64,000 bases of DNA from the NCBI GenBank assembly GCA_964016885.1, contig OZ024758.1, positions 14,198,001 to 14,262,000 of the forward strand, in the 5' to 3' direction. The translations under genes were made by a program, and so were the position numbers. This DNA is from Eledone cirrhosa. Lineage: Eukaryota. The notes under the pieces were generated by a model. The model saw only the letters and a program-made list of their open reading frames with translations, did not search any database and was not told the origin of the DNA. Below, in pieces: positions 48,891-62,816 of the stretch (within the stretch, counting starts at the first letter, position 1; every line of letters starts with the position of its first letter).

Positions 48891-50410
48891 CTTCACTTTT
48901 TGAATGTTTTAAACCAATAAACTAAAAGATATATTTGTGAAAAAAATGTTTTCCAAAATGATTTGCGATATTTTCTTTAATCAATAAACTCACAGAAAAT
49001 GATTACATGGGACGGTAATAGTAAATATAAGAATGCCACTAAAATATAGCATTTGTGCAATCACAAGTTATCTGGTGAATATCTCTGAGAAAGTAATTCC
49101 TTTCAGTAAGATCTTTAATATTAATTATCTCGTCTATGATGATTACAAACGCTTTTCCACATTCAGCCATTCCTTCAGTATGTAAACAATTCACTAAAAA
49201 AAAATTATATTAATTCACTTTCAATTTAGTGTTGGTTTCAATTGGCAATCTTCATTTCTTTTCAGAGGATCACTTCACTTTGTCTGCCAAAACACTCCTA
49301 ATTTATTAGCAAGATACTGTTATATTACTAATGTCTACTGGTTCCTTAACCCTTGAACATTTACATTACTCTTAAATACTATTGTATTTTCATGGTAAAC
49401 ACTTTATTTCACATAATATCAAATCTATGAGATTTTGATATTTATTTTGAGAACAATACCATAACATAAGTAGAAGCAGCCGGTTATGGCCAGTTTGAAC
49501 AGAAAGAGGTGAGAGAATTCTGGCCGGATAAGGCTGGTTTAACCCTTTAGCATTCAAACCGGCCTTATCCGGTTGTAACCAGTGTCTCATACTGATGTTA
49601 AGGTATTGTTCTCAAAATAAATAATATCAAAATTTCATAGATTCGATATTATGAGAGATAATTATGTGAGGTGAAGCCTTTACCATGAAAATATAATAGT
49701 AAATATAGAGTAAGTAAATGCTAAAGGGTTAAAACTGAAAACAATACAATGAGAGAAGACTAATAAATTATATTGTAGACATGTTTAATAACAATTACCT
49801 ATACAGTACAAGAAAACTCCTCATACGTTCAACCTCAATGACTAACTAGATGACAAAAATACTAGTTTTGTTTGTTACAAAAATATTCTGCTTTTCAAAT
49901 GGTTTTAATTAACTTCCTTAACAGTGGAATACATTATTTTCCGCTTGTTTAACAGCCATTGCATGTGCCATATATGTGTGGTAAGTTGCTAGCAAGTCAA
50001 ATTTATATCATAGTTCAATTCCCAGTTAAAGTCATTTCTCTTTGATTTAAGATTTGCCATTTCAACACTTAATTTGAAATTAACTCATGAAAACTTGGGT
50101 GGAATAGAAACAGTCAAGAAAAACTCAGAATCTGAGGAAACTAATGATGGCTGATTTTACATACTTCCAAAATGCTTAATAAAAAAACTGGCCCTGAAAC
50201 ATCTGACAAAAGGATAAAAACTTACCTGGAAATATGCTAGTTTAGATATGAGAAATAATTTAAATATATATGATTTTGCTAAAAGATTTTAGAATCAAAC
50301 ATCACCTACAAACACACAAATGATAATATTAAGTAATACCACTCTTGCGCTCATCAGCAAATAAAGACAGCCTGATAGATAGGTACTTTGTCAAACAGAT
50401 TCTAATAGAC

Positions 50411-50587
50411 CAGGGTTTCCCAAACTTTTTCAAACGCAGAACCCTTTTTGGTTCAGAAACTTTTTTTGGGTTTTTTTTTTTTGGGGGGGGGGGACCCCAA
50501 AGTCTACTACTGTTATATAGTTGTAATATAAATATACTCCTCTACCTTTTTTCACAGAACTCCAGATACTCCTTTGCGGAACCACTG
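50411..50587. mobile_element. hAT (Charlie-like) MITE
   Basis: cagggtttccc...ggaaccactg ends; 8-bp TSD taatagac/caatagac. Confidence 0.7.
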
Positions 50588-51722
50588 CAATAGACTAAGT
50601 ATCTGACAGTCTAATGCATTGAAACATCTCTCACATTGTTGCAAGTTGCAATACCAGAGAGTTGAAATTCACAAAATTTGCAAAAGAAAAATTTATGTAT
50701 TTATTTTTAATGGTTTAGTCAAAAGAAAGACAACATTCATTACCTTTTATTAAAATCAATAGCTATAAATATAACCATCTCATAACTATAATTCAACAGT
50801 CTCAATATAAAAAAAAAAAAAAAAAAAAAAAATGCTAATTTCTCACTATTACAGTGGCTTTCTTAGATTATACACAGACCTGACAACTCTCCCACCCACT
50901 TTGGGGTAGGGGTGAGATGTTTCCTCCAGTGAAAATGGGTATAGCTTTCATTATGTAAAATCTCTTCATTTTGCCTCATTTCTCCCCGCTTTGGGGCACT
51001 TTTTTTCCCCGTTTGGGTTTTTAGGGGTTGACATGTCTGTCTGTATACATCACAGATTTTGAATGAACAAGTTACCATAGATAATCAGGATATATTTCGA
51101 AAATATTCTAAGATAGATATGAAGTTGAATGACTATATAGAGAGATTTATTCTTCCCTGGTTGATTTTAAGAAATATATTTTTGTGCTACGCGTCATTTC
51201 GCAAGTATTATTTCTAAGAAAATTATATATTCAATAGGAGATAATAAATAATACATAACTATGTAAAATTGATTAAACATTTTTTTCTTCTAAAATACTT
51301 TATATATAGAAACAAGAAACATTTTTACTGCTCGTTAAGTATAAAACTGTTTCCAAAGTGAGTTCCTGGGAGACAGGGAGTCATTTAATAAAACATTATT
51401 ATATCTATATTTTTATATATGAATAAATTCTATCTCTAAAACAATTTGTTTCATTTAATGTCTTATTAATACTAGAATGGTAGAAATTGCCCGTAAAATA
51501 TATATGGGTTCCACCTTTTGAGGAAAATTGCATATCGGTTCTGCGACGAAATAAGTTTTGGAATCGCTGGAATATATGTAACGTGCTGTTTATTAATCAC
51601 AAATAATTTATTCAATCAATAGTTCGTAATTATGTCAGTATGTACACAAAACACACCTTTAAACATTCACCTATAAAACAGTAAGTCTTCTAAAACCACA
51701 AAGCTGGTAAATGCCACCACAT

Positions 51723-51756
<34 letters not shown>

Positions 51757-54506
51757 AAGATGGAGAAATCAGAGGTGTGACGAAAGAACGGAAACCGAGA
51801 AGCTGTGTCAGTTGTCAAGAGAATGTTTGATAATAAAACGGAAACACTTCCTCCCACCTCAACCTATTCTACCGAACCAGTCAGCATCTTAATAACTTGC
51901 ATTGCTGCTTTAGTCAAACAATGCAGCTCAAATGGCCCGCAAAATATGAATTTCTTGACAAAACAACGCACATCGGCAGCACTTTCAGCAACACTACGTG
52001 GCAAAGTAGATAATGACAATTTATTTTAACAGCCGTAGTAATATACATCAAGTATGTAATTTAGAGGTAGCTACAGAGTCTAAAATAGAGAATAAGATGT
52101 GTGTAGCCCTAAATCAGTCCTCATCGAATAGAAGAACTATGATTGAAGACATCTCGGCCATGACTATCCCGTCTTTTTTATATCGAAATATGGTATCTAA
52201 CGCATTTCTTTTTTCTTTTTCGAGACGGTTGAGTAGGATTTAGCAGCTAGTTCTAGCACGTCGAGTGACTCCCTAGACTCACACTTATTGGCTTCGATAG
52301 AGATTCTAAAATTCTCACTGGTCTTCATTAATTTCTTCAAATTAACAAATAAATTATCTAACATCTAATAACGTACTGTCTATGTGGTCGGTGATTTCAG
52401 CTAATGTGATGTGACATCTTTGCTGTGTATTACGCCGTCAGTATATTGTCTTATAATGGAGCAGACCTCATTATCAAAAGCCTTCCAGCCGTGTCCATCC
52501 ATCCTGTCTATTTTATCAGGCATAAGTACTATATCTAGGACTACATTATCGAATGTGACCTTTCGGTTATTTATTTTTAAAGTAGGGTAAAATTTGAAAG
52601 AAGCTCGAGTGTGATGATGTCATCTAGTGTGTGATGATATCAATGAACGTTGTGTTGTGGTATCTGTGGGTGCTGTGATGCTGTTGCGATGTCCCTGAGT
52701 GTGTTGTGATTCGTTTCGTCTCTGTATTACATTGTCATATATTTATGTAGTATGTCGCGCAAGGAAAACAAATTGACTGACAAAATTAAATAAACACTAA
52801 GATTTCTCTAATGCATACATTCTCTCAGTTACAACATATTCATTCGAAGAACCAAACATTTTAACGATCATAGAAAAACACAGGAAGAAATCAAAGAATA
52901 AAAGTTATATAACGAGAATAACAAACTCTTTCAACCGAATAAATTCTACCTATGTTACACATGATGCTAATTAGGGAGGGGAGAGACATTTAAATAGACC
53001 ACTTAAAATAACATTTGATAACAAACAGACATAGATTTGTATAGTAAGTAGTTGATTGTTAAGAATGATTGAAAGGTAGGGGGAAAAAACAAGAAAAGAT
53101 AGAAATGGCTTTGGTTCAAAATCGTTGTGGAAGTCAATATATTTGTTAAATGAAAATATCTAGATAAAAATGGAGACCTGAAAACAGCCTAAACTGAAGC
53201 AGAAAGATACAATGTGATCCGTTTTAGAAATATCCACAATAAGTGGCAGAAGACTTTGAAATGAAAAGATAGATAAACAAAAACTTATATTTTATTTACA
53301 ACTCGACAAAATCGGGAAATATGTGCCAAGTTAATGAGAATATCGTGATGGCTACAACGCAAGCCATTATATATGTGTGGGTATGTATGTGTGTGTGAAT
53401 CGGAGCTAACCACAACAAGTAAGGTACTCAATACATTAGTAGAGTACATACAACATTTAATATAGAAATGGGTTCTACAGGACTAGAGTTGTTTCATTTG
53501 AAGGAAATCATCAGGGCTTTCCTTATTTTTGTTGAAGGTTGAAAAGGCAAAGCAAGCACCGAGGAGAGATTTGAACGCAGACTGTAACCACAAGGTAATT
53601 TGGTCCTACCAGTCAACCGCCATATTACACACGCGCGTGTACACACACAATATATATATATAGAGAGAAGAAATTAATATATATACTCCAGTTCTATCAA
53701 CTGTTGAGTGCTACTTATCTGATATATGCATAGTTTTATTGTTCTACAATAAAACTCACCTCCTACACACACACACATATATATATATGTATATATAACA
53801 GAAGCTGTCATTTTTTGTTTAAGGAAAAGCTACACTGAAATGACCAGGAGAGGGTTGGGTTCCGCCAGGTCTAAAAGTGCCCTAGACATGCCGTATGGCG
53901 GTGCCTCTACGACTCTACAAGTAGTTATGGGATCTTTACGCCCCCCCCCCCCTCTTTTCTTTACACTGAAATACTTGAAATATTTCCATTAGACACAGAA
54001 AAAGAAGAGATTACCATTATGCATTTCGGATATGGTTGTCAGTTCATCAGAAGATAACTAACGCCCACTATAATTCTGTCTACGCAGGAATCTTTTTGTA
54101 GCATCGCTATATCAAGCAATACATAAATTATAATTGAAAACAATGGTAATTCATTAAATAATAAACATTTATACTAGGACAATGCATAAAAATAATCTCG
54201 TACGCCTTTCTATATACAGACAAAAGGGTGTAAAGTATTTAAACTTCATTCATTTCAATTCAAAGCTTCTAATTAAAAGGTTGTAGTTATAGCTACATTA
54301 ATTCCATCTTTTTAATATTTTAACATACGCTGTAAATTTACGTTAATCTTATGTATATCACCATTATAATCTAACGTCCATCTTCCCTAACAATGGTTGA
54401 ACTGATTTATTTACTGAAGTGGAACTATTGATCTTTCAGTTCGGCCAGGGGCGCGCATCTCGGTTACATACGTTTCCACGTATATACATATGTGTCCATG
54501 CGTATT

Positions 54507-54560
<54 letters not shown>

Positions 54561-55121
54561 ATGTTTTCCATGCTGCTATGGGTTGGAGGGGTAGGTTTAG
54601 ATGTGTTCATCCGGTTGGATGCCCTTCCTGAAGCCGAACTACTTTACAAAGTGTATTGGGTGCATTTTAACATGGCACCGACATTTGGGCATCAGCACAA
54701 CTGGGAGGGAGGTGTAATAACAGAAAAAGGGGTGAGTGTACGTGTATATATATATATATATTATATATAAAGAGTAAAGACTTCTTTCGATTACGAATGA
54801 CCATGGAATTTAAACTTAGAAAGTAACACTCCGGCAGAGGTGTTTTTGTGGAAGACCAACAGCTGGCCATACACACCAGTCACCGATGTTGTCCAAGAGA
54901 AAGAAAGGCAATGGCCGATACAGCTTGCACCAGTGACGTCATGACTCATTTCTACAGCTGAGTAAACTGGAACAACGTGATATAAAGTGTCTTGCCCGGA
55001 GAGGGAATTGAACTCAAAACCTCACAATTGTGAAACCAACTAACCATTAAGCCACGCGCTTTCAAACACATATGGCAATGAGTTCAATAAAGAATTTAAT
55101 GTGCAAGTAGGTATTATTAAG

Positions 55122-55313
55122 GTTTGGTGGATTGGCAGTATCAGTAGAGGGTCGGACGCCATGCTTTGCAGCATAGTTATGGCCCTTTACGGTCTGAGTT
55201 CAAATCTCGCCGAGATTAAGTTTGCTTTTCATCCTTACGGGGTCAATAAAATAAAGTACCAGTTATGCACTGGGATAACTGCTGGCCTTGCGCCAAAAGT
55301 AGAAACGATTATT
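55122..55313 (+). mobile_element. tRNA-derived SINE, family A
   Basis: ggtggattggcagtatcagtagagggtcggacgcc...gagttcaaatctcgcc...agtagaaacgattatt. Confidence 0.85.
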
Positions 55314-55314
55314 A

Positions 55315-56295
55315 AGGTTTGGGCCCTGGTACCGCCCACTCTCACGCACTTGTTTATTACAGTGCTCCGGCTCCTGACAGGAGTTTAAGATCGGTTACCC
55401 ATAAAAACTGTTGTATGCTGATGACCTAGTTCTTATAGCCACATCTGTGGAATATCTTAAGAAATTCTAGTGGGAGAAACAAAACATAGAATCAAAAAGG
55501 CTCAAAGTAAACTTAACAAAACAGCAGAGTTTTAGTAAGTAGAGAAATGGCTGTGCTCGACATGCAGAGAAGGGGTTGGTAGTTCTATGCGGGTACTCAA
55601 TGTAAAATATGGGTTAACAAAAAGTGAAGTAGGATCGCAGACAGGCTAACAAAGAAGGTAAACTTTGTGGCAAGTGCAAAGGAACAGTTATTAGTAAGGG
55701 CACCAGTAAAATAAACTTTTTTTTCAAACCCCGGGAAAGTACTATAGAAGTGGTTGAGACCTTCTGTTTTCTCGGTCACCAAATTAGCAGTAAGGGATGG
55801 TCCTGAAAACTTAATAGCAAGAATAAGAATAGGGTGGGAAAAAGTTCAAGCTATTACCTCTGCTAGCAACAAAGGAATTCTATTTCCAAGCATACGATTA
55901 ATTACGAGAGGAATGCGATGTTTCATGGCAGTGAATGTGTAACGGGTGTAGAGAAACTAATTGAGCATGCTTCGTTGGATACGTAGTGTGCATAAACGAC
56001 GAAACACGCACGAGCTGCGAGAAAAACCGAGCATGAGAGGAATCAGATGTTGCATGCAGGAGAGAATGTTGCGCTGGTACGGACATATAATGCGTATGGA
56101 TGATAATCGTTGAGCTAAAAAGAGCAAAAAATGCCAAGTGGAAGGACCCCCCCCCCCCCCCCAAGAAAGACATGTTTAGAGACGGTGAAAGTTAATAAAA
56201 AACAAAAAAAAAAATGAACTTCACAGAAGATGACAAAGGAAAGAGGGTGTATTCGAGAAGACTCGTCAAAACCCATGTCAGCATGGAAAACAGAT
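55315..56295 (+). mobile_element. Degenerate RTE-clade LINE fragment
   Basis: ctgttgtatgctgatgacctagtt (LLYADDLV) at about 55408, frameshifted downstream RT/C-terminal remnants (ARIRIGWEK, LRWYGH), and an RTE-like 3' tail cccatgtcagcatggaaaacag. Confidence 0.7.
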
Positions 56296-57137
56296 ATATA
56301 TATGTGTGTGTGTACGTGTGTGTACGAGCAGTGCTTAAGCACAGGGCCCCGTTACCAGGAGGAAGGGAGCATGTTCCAGCCCCCAAAAAAATGTTACGAC
56401 GAATTTTTCAAATGTTTGGCGCCGCATAACTTAACTAGCACAAAGCTTCATTTGTCCTAAATCCGGTATTGTATACGGGTATATAATACACACGTGTGTG
56501 CATCTGTATCTATATCAATCTCTCTCTCTATATATATATACACACACACACACACACCAGTATATAGTTGACAATCTGCGACAGAATTTTCCGATCAGTG
56601 TCCAGTCATCTGACCACCACAAAACACAATGTGTAACTTGGAACGGTCAGAATGGACATTATATAAACAAAAAATATTACATAACTGACATTGCTTTGTA
56701 AAATAACGTGCTGAACAATTTATAATTAGTTCACATCCCGATAGTATTGTTTCGGTTGGTTTTATATAATAATAATGAAATTATTGTGTACAGTACTCAA
56801 GGGCACTACAACTTCACTGAAAATGTATTAATACCGTTGATTTATTTATTGAGAGATTATTTCCACATTGTAACAACTAAAACAAGTCAACGACGAGACT
56901 CCATGATGAAGATGTTCGCCATGTGAGAAATAATAGCCAAACACCCCTCTAATCACACCAGACTGTCTTAAAAAAGGACACATCGGACAACGCAGTCCCT
57001 GGCAAGGAGCATCATTAACAATAATTCGTCCGATTAACTGGATGCATTGTGTATATCAACCAGGGTACCGTCGTTGGCTCGTCTGTACACGCACATTATA
57101 TATATATATATAATATATATATATATAAATAAATACA

Positions 57138-57215
57138 CAGGGTGTTTCAAAAAATGCACACACACTTTGATTAGAATGCTGTTGAAGTATGTATACATAT
57201 TTTGGGGACACCCTG
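57138..57215. mobile_element. Tiny Tc1/mariner-like fold-back MITE (78 bp)
   Basis: cagggtgtttcaaaaaatgcacacacactt and aagtatgtatacatattttggggacaccctg form ~30-bp inverted arms, followed by TA. Confidence 0.7.
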
Positions 57216-57713
57216 TATATAATGTATATATATTTAATACAAAGAGAGAGTGGAGCATGCGAAATGAATCAGGTGAATCGGACGAAATATTTTCATTTTC
57301 CTCAAATGATACCCGAAAGAGCAGCCAAATCTCACTCATATCACACACCAACAGTCTTAAATAAGGAAAAGACACATAGGACAATGTAGTGCTACACACC
57401 TACTTGGGAAAAAATAGATGAGATGATCACGTATGGAAAGCCTTTTGATCAGGCTTGGGTTAGCGTTAAACAACAAGCTAGATATAACACTTCGTATTGC
57501 TTTCATAAATAAATAATGCACTTAAATGGCGCCATAAATCCATTAATAAAATGTTCATAAGAAAATAACCATATATATATATAAACAAACACGCACACAC
57601 ATATATACATACACACATACATACATACACATACGCGCGCGCCTAATATATATCCGAGTCCACAAACGCGCAGATTTTATATTTTCTTAAATTCACAAAA
57701 ATAAGCCCATCAA

Positions 57714-57772
<59 letters not shown>

Positions 57773-58384
57773 ACGGTAAGATTCTTTTGTTACCTTAGCA
57801 ATTTAGTTTTCTTTCTAATGCATTGTTTGGTTTTCAAAATTATTTAAATATATATAGATATATATACACGCAAACAATGTGAGCATGTGCAATTTCAAAA
57901 TGCGCATATTACACACGTTTATATAATGAAGAAATTAAGATTACGACGGGTGCATGCAATACCTGGATATTAGGGAGCTGACCAGTATAAGTAAACTAGA
58001 TTAAACGACTAGTGTTGAGTTTACAGCCTTAATGTCATGGCTTCGATTCTCAGACCGGGTCCCGTGTCGTGTCCTTGAGAAAGGTTCACACCATTTCACA
58101 TGGCTCTTCTTTAGTTCACTCTAGTTGTAAAATGAGTACCAGCAACAACTGAAGGAGGGAGGGGACTTATCCTAGTCCCCTCTGTCGTTTAATGCAACAC
58201 GAAACCTCCACCCAAATAAAATAATTCCAGTTTCATTTAGCTCCCAATCAATGCTGTACTTGGTCCTAAACTATTTTCATTACTAAGAAGTTTCTTTTAT
58301 CGGCGAATTTTATCAGTTTATCTTAAACCGATTTAATGCAATCACCTATGGCATCTACACATGCAATAAACACATTTACTTGTG

Positions 58385-58420
<36 letters not shown>

Positions 58421-58426
<6 letters not shown>

Positions 58427-58550
58427 TTACTGGTGTGTGTGTATATACAGCATTTACTGGCGTGTGTGTGTGTATATACAGCATTTACTGGCGTGTGTGT
58501 GTGTATATACAGCATTTACTGGCGTGTGTGTGTGTATACACACACACACA
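58421..58550. repeat. Four units of catttactgg(c/t)gtgtgtg..tatata(cag)
   Basis: Direct reading. Confidence 0.85.
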
Positions 58551-58904
58551 TCGGAACAAAATGACATGGTGGTGTATGCAGCTTTTAAAAATATTTTGGG
58601 TTTCAAATCTTTGACAGTAAAATTGCAAAGTTGCCAATATTTTCAGTTCATGAAGTTAAATATATTTTGCGCAATGTTTATTTTTTTTACAAATTAAAAC
58701 TTCTACATATGTTTATATATATATCTATACCTGTGTGTTTGTATATATATATATATACACACATGTGTGTGCGTGTGTGTAGGATAGAGAGGATTATATG
58801 GCTCTTGAGAATCTGGCCCAAAGCAGAGAGGGTTTTTTTTCTTTTTGAATGTATGGAAAAATAAAGTAATCAAGAGAAATGTTAAAATAAAGAAATGGAC
58901 ATAC

Positions 58905-59220
58905 CTAGTTCTTTGGCCATAAGTTTGTGTGTATCCAAAAATCCCAACTTGATCGCTTCCATCACTTGATTGTCATCGTTGCTGCTCCAGAAAGAATCGT
59001 ATTTGATAATTTCAGCCAAGAGATGATTCTTGGCAAAGTTAGATGCCTCACCTCCGCCATGACCATCGAAGATGGCGAAGTAGGCAAACTCTGCTTGGCC
59101 TGTGCTGGGGTTTCTCTGAAAGTGGACGGCATATGTGTCCTCCATGTGCTTGCGGCCACCTTGGTGTCCTGTTTCGGTGACACGTAAATTGACACCGATT
59201 TTAGCGCAATTTTTCGCCAT
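58905..59220 (-). CDS. PPM1D: PPM1D/Wip1 PP2C-family phosphatase, coding exon 1 (316 nt, ends phase 1)
   Basis: MAKNCAKIGVNLRV...HQGGRKHMED...YFAIFDGHGGGEAS: PP2C motifs RxxMED and DGHGG. Donor CTAG|GTATGT at 58904. Confidence 0.93.
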
Positions 59221-60015
59221 TCTTTAACACTTTGATATGAACTATTTCTACAAGTTAACCCAATCGACATGCACAGCCAGTTGTTTCCAGGCTGTTTTTG
59301 AACGCCAGTTTCTTGTTATTTCAAAATTCTCTCTTTTTTTTTAATCGGTAGATTCGTGCAAGTAATTCTTTTTATGACACTCAACCGATCTGTGATTTCA
59401 ATAATGATATTAAAAAAAAACAACACTAAGATTAATAAAAATTATTTAAAATCTGTTGACCATATTATGTCATGGGTTCGAAACTTCTCTTCTGTCCTTC
59501 CCCAAAAAAGCGATGTGAAGAAAACTAAAAACAAAAGTCAGTAGGCAGATGTTGACAAAACTTTCTTTAAAAATTTGATGATTTCACGGATGCATATATA
59601 TATATATATAATATATATATATATTATATATTATATATATTTATTTTCGTGCGGTCTTAACTTATGTTTTCATTTCGCTTTATCAGAAAAAAGATCAGCA
59701 AGTGCTCCTTAATCTGTTTTTGAGAATTTACTGATGAGCACGGGGTAATCATGAGCGGATATGAGAATATTCTAAAATAGATAGAGATATTTCTATCAAT
59801 ATAGGACTATACACTTGTTCATCATTCAAGAGCATGTGTGTAAACAATTCACCACTTCTTTTTTTTTTTTACATAAATAACTATCTCTAAAGAATTTAAA
59901 TCCAATCCCCCCCTCTCTCTCTCTCTCTTTCTCTTTCTATAAATATATATATACGTGTGTTCGGATCTAGCCGTTGAAACGGCAGGAGCTCAGCCGTTGG
60001 GGACCCGAATTTTTC

Positions 60016-60052
<37 letters not shown>

Positions 60053-61014
60053 TGATTTGTTGCAGATCAGATCAGATCAATACAAATTTTTATACAGAAA
60101 AATATAAATCTCTAGAAATTCATTTTTTAGAAGTATTGCGCCGTTTATACTTTTTTTTCTTTACCCCCCCTATATTTTTACATTTTCATCTCAATATTAT
60201 TTGCATCAATGATGCAAATTATCTAAATAGTATCACTTTCTCTACAACGAAGAAATTCCGGCAAACGGTTAGATTTGAACATTGCTTCCCCCTAAATATC
60301 TCTTAAAGAAGAAAGAATTTGCCAACCGGTCATGGCAGAGTCAGAAAGAAAAATAATACAACACACTCAGACACACATTAAATACTATTTCTCTATAAGT
60401 ACATTAGTTAATCCTTTCAACTGATTCCAGTGTTTCCAACTCGGCCATCGGTATCCTGTAACGAAGCCATTATGTATACAACATTAATCCTTTTTCAACT
60501 TTCAGATTAAGTTCTTCTATTTCCAGCTGGTGTAGGTATACAGACGGACAGACAGAGAAAAAGATAGATTGCAAGGGATATATATGATTTCGTTTTTTCT
60601 ATCGGTAGTGTATGTTGTATGTGTGTGTGTGTGTTATAAAAGCTTGCTACGTAAGTACGTATTATTATATTTTTGATGGTCCTGATCTTAAAACAGCGAC
60701 AAGAATTCAGCCAGTGGAACAACACATCACACAGTTTAACAGTTGTCAGGTCACCAACTAGAGAGCAAAGTCTGTGTTAAAGAATATATATATAGAAGAA
60801 GCAAGCACGTTTCAAGTTGTGGCGACGATATTGAAATTGGTAACAGCACTTGTGTGTGTAGCAGCCATCAAGCACTTCTGAAAACGTATGCAGCACTGAG
60901 AGACAGACACACAAATAGAGAGAGAGAGAGAGAACTCACACTGCAACAGTCAAACACACAGACAGACTCATGCGGTAACAGTACAAATTACGAACGCATA
61001 CAATAACTTTCACC

Positions 61015-61339
61015 AACACACACGCACACATAGACAAATACATACATACACGCACGCACACACATAGACAAACACATACATACACACGCGCACACATAGA
61101 CAAACACATACATACACGCACGCACACATATAGACAAACACATACATACACGCACACACACACATAGACAAACACATACATACACGCACACACACACATA
61201 GACAAACACATACATACACGCACACACACACATAGACAAACACATACATACACGCACACACACACACACACACATACACGCGCACACACACACACACACA
61301 TAGACAAACACATACATACACGCACGCGCACACACACAC
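61015..61339. repeat. Compound CA-rich minisatellite (cacatagacaaacacatacatacacg plus variable CA), about 9 units
   Basis: Direct reading; lies immediately next to the CCAAT pair. Confidence 0.9.
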
Positions 61340-61359
61340 TCCGAGCTGAAATAAAAGTC

Positions 61360-61410
61360 GAGCGCTGATTGGCTGTTGTGGTTGTTTCTGATTGGTCACA
61401 TGCCTCGCTC
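61360..61410 (-). promoter_or_regulatory. Two CCAAT (NF-Y) boxes; candidate PPM1D promoter
   Basis: CTGATTGGCT and CTGATTGGTC (ATTGG at 61368 and 61391) read RRCCAATCAG on the PPM1D strand, in a locally CpG-containing patch about 2.1 kb upstream of the ATG. TSS not determined. Confidence 0.5.
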
Positions 61411-61645
61411 TGACCTGTTAAAGATCTTTCTTGTAAACAACTCGCAATATTGATGAAACATTTAGAATCTGCAAAGTCCACATTTCTTCAGATCGTTGCA
61501 TGTATTTTATTTATAGTTGTGGAAATAAAAACAAAAAACATTTCATAATTTCATATGATAGTTTCACAAGGCGAAACGACCAACTAATAATAATTTGCAT
61601 GTAAAGTTCCCTTATTAAAAATAACCCAACTGGCAAATAGAACAT

Positions 61646-61687
<42 letters not shown>

Positions 61688-62625
61688 AGAGGTGAGAGTG
61701 CATATACATATATATATATATAATTATTATCATCACTGTTTTAGGTCTCTTTTGCACGCTCACGGGGCTGGCTGGATGCGTTGTCATGTTCTGAGATAAG
61801 ACAGATCGTATGATAAATTGTACTCATTTTCATCATTGTTTCTGGTTTCTACGACTGAATGTCCTGCATAACGCCAAACACTTTACAGAGAAGGTTGGGA
61901 TGCATTTTATCGTGGCATCGGCGACACCACTAGCAGACTGGGCTGTGTACATCCTAGTTTCACATTAACACTCGGGCGGTCGTTGTGCCCTCAACTGAGA
62001 AAGGACAGAGAGAGTGAGACAGGTAAGCGAGACAGAGGGGGGAGTGAGACAGGTGAGAGCACATCAGAAATTACTGTCCTCAACCAGACATGTTGCTTAC
62101 TGAGAGCCATCACTCCGGGGCGGAAGGAGAGAGAAAATGAGAGTAAGTACCGGATCGTGAAATCGGCCTTCAAGGGACAGGGTCATGACAACTCGGTATA
62201 GAGGGTAAAGATTGGGGAAAAGTGGAAGAAGTAGATCCATAACATTGATCGGTACATGCATGGCTAAGGTACTTCTTTTTATGTGTCAGCAAACATCGTA
62301 CTTAGATAATCAGTGTGGTGGTGGTGTAGGAGGGGGGGGCACCATGTCAGGGGTTAAAGGAAGAGGATGGGGAAACCTAAATGTCGATATATCTTAGATG
62401 CTACACCATGATCTTCTCATGTAGTGCCAGATTTAGGACAAATGAGGCCCTGTGCTAGTTAAGATATGACGCCCCTTACTTGGGCCCTGAAGGAAATAAA
62501 AAAAATTTCTGGGTTCCCTAGACTGAGTGCCCAGCACTTCTTTATAATGATAATAATAAAAATTATTGTACAATGCTCAGGTGCACTATAACTCATCAAA
62601 GGTGCATGCTTAGTACATAGAATAA

Positions 62626-62816
62626 TTGTTTCTACTTTTGGCACAAGGCAAGCAATTACCCCAGTGCATTACTTGTACTTTATGTTATCAACCCCGTAAA
62701 GATGAAAGGCAAAATTAACCTCAGCGGGATTTGAACTCAGACCGTAAAGGGCCATAACTATGCTGTAAAGCATGGTGTCTGATCCTCTACCGATACTGCC
62801 AATCCGTCCCCTTCTA
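62626..62816 (-). mobile_element. Family A SINE inserted in a CR1 3'-end fragment, with a 15-bp TSD
   Basis: TSD tagtacatagaataa (62611-62625) and tagtacatataataa (62817-62831). Confidence 0.85.

Noticed and set aside
60936-61481. Cys/Val-rich ORFs (also 10856-11234, 34037-34378, 58336-58697 and others)
   Set aside because: Translations of TG, TA or GA microsatellites.
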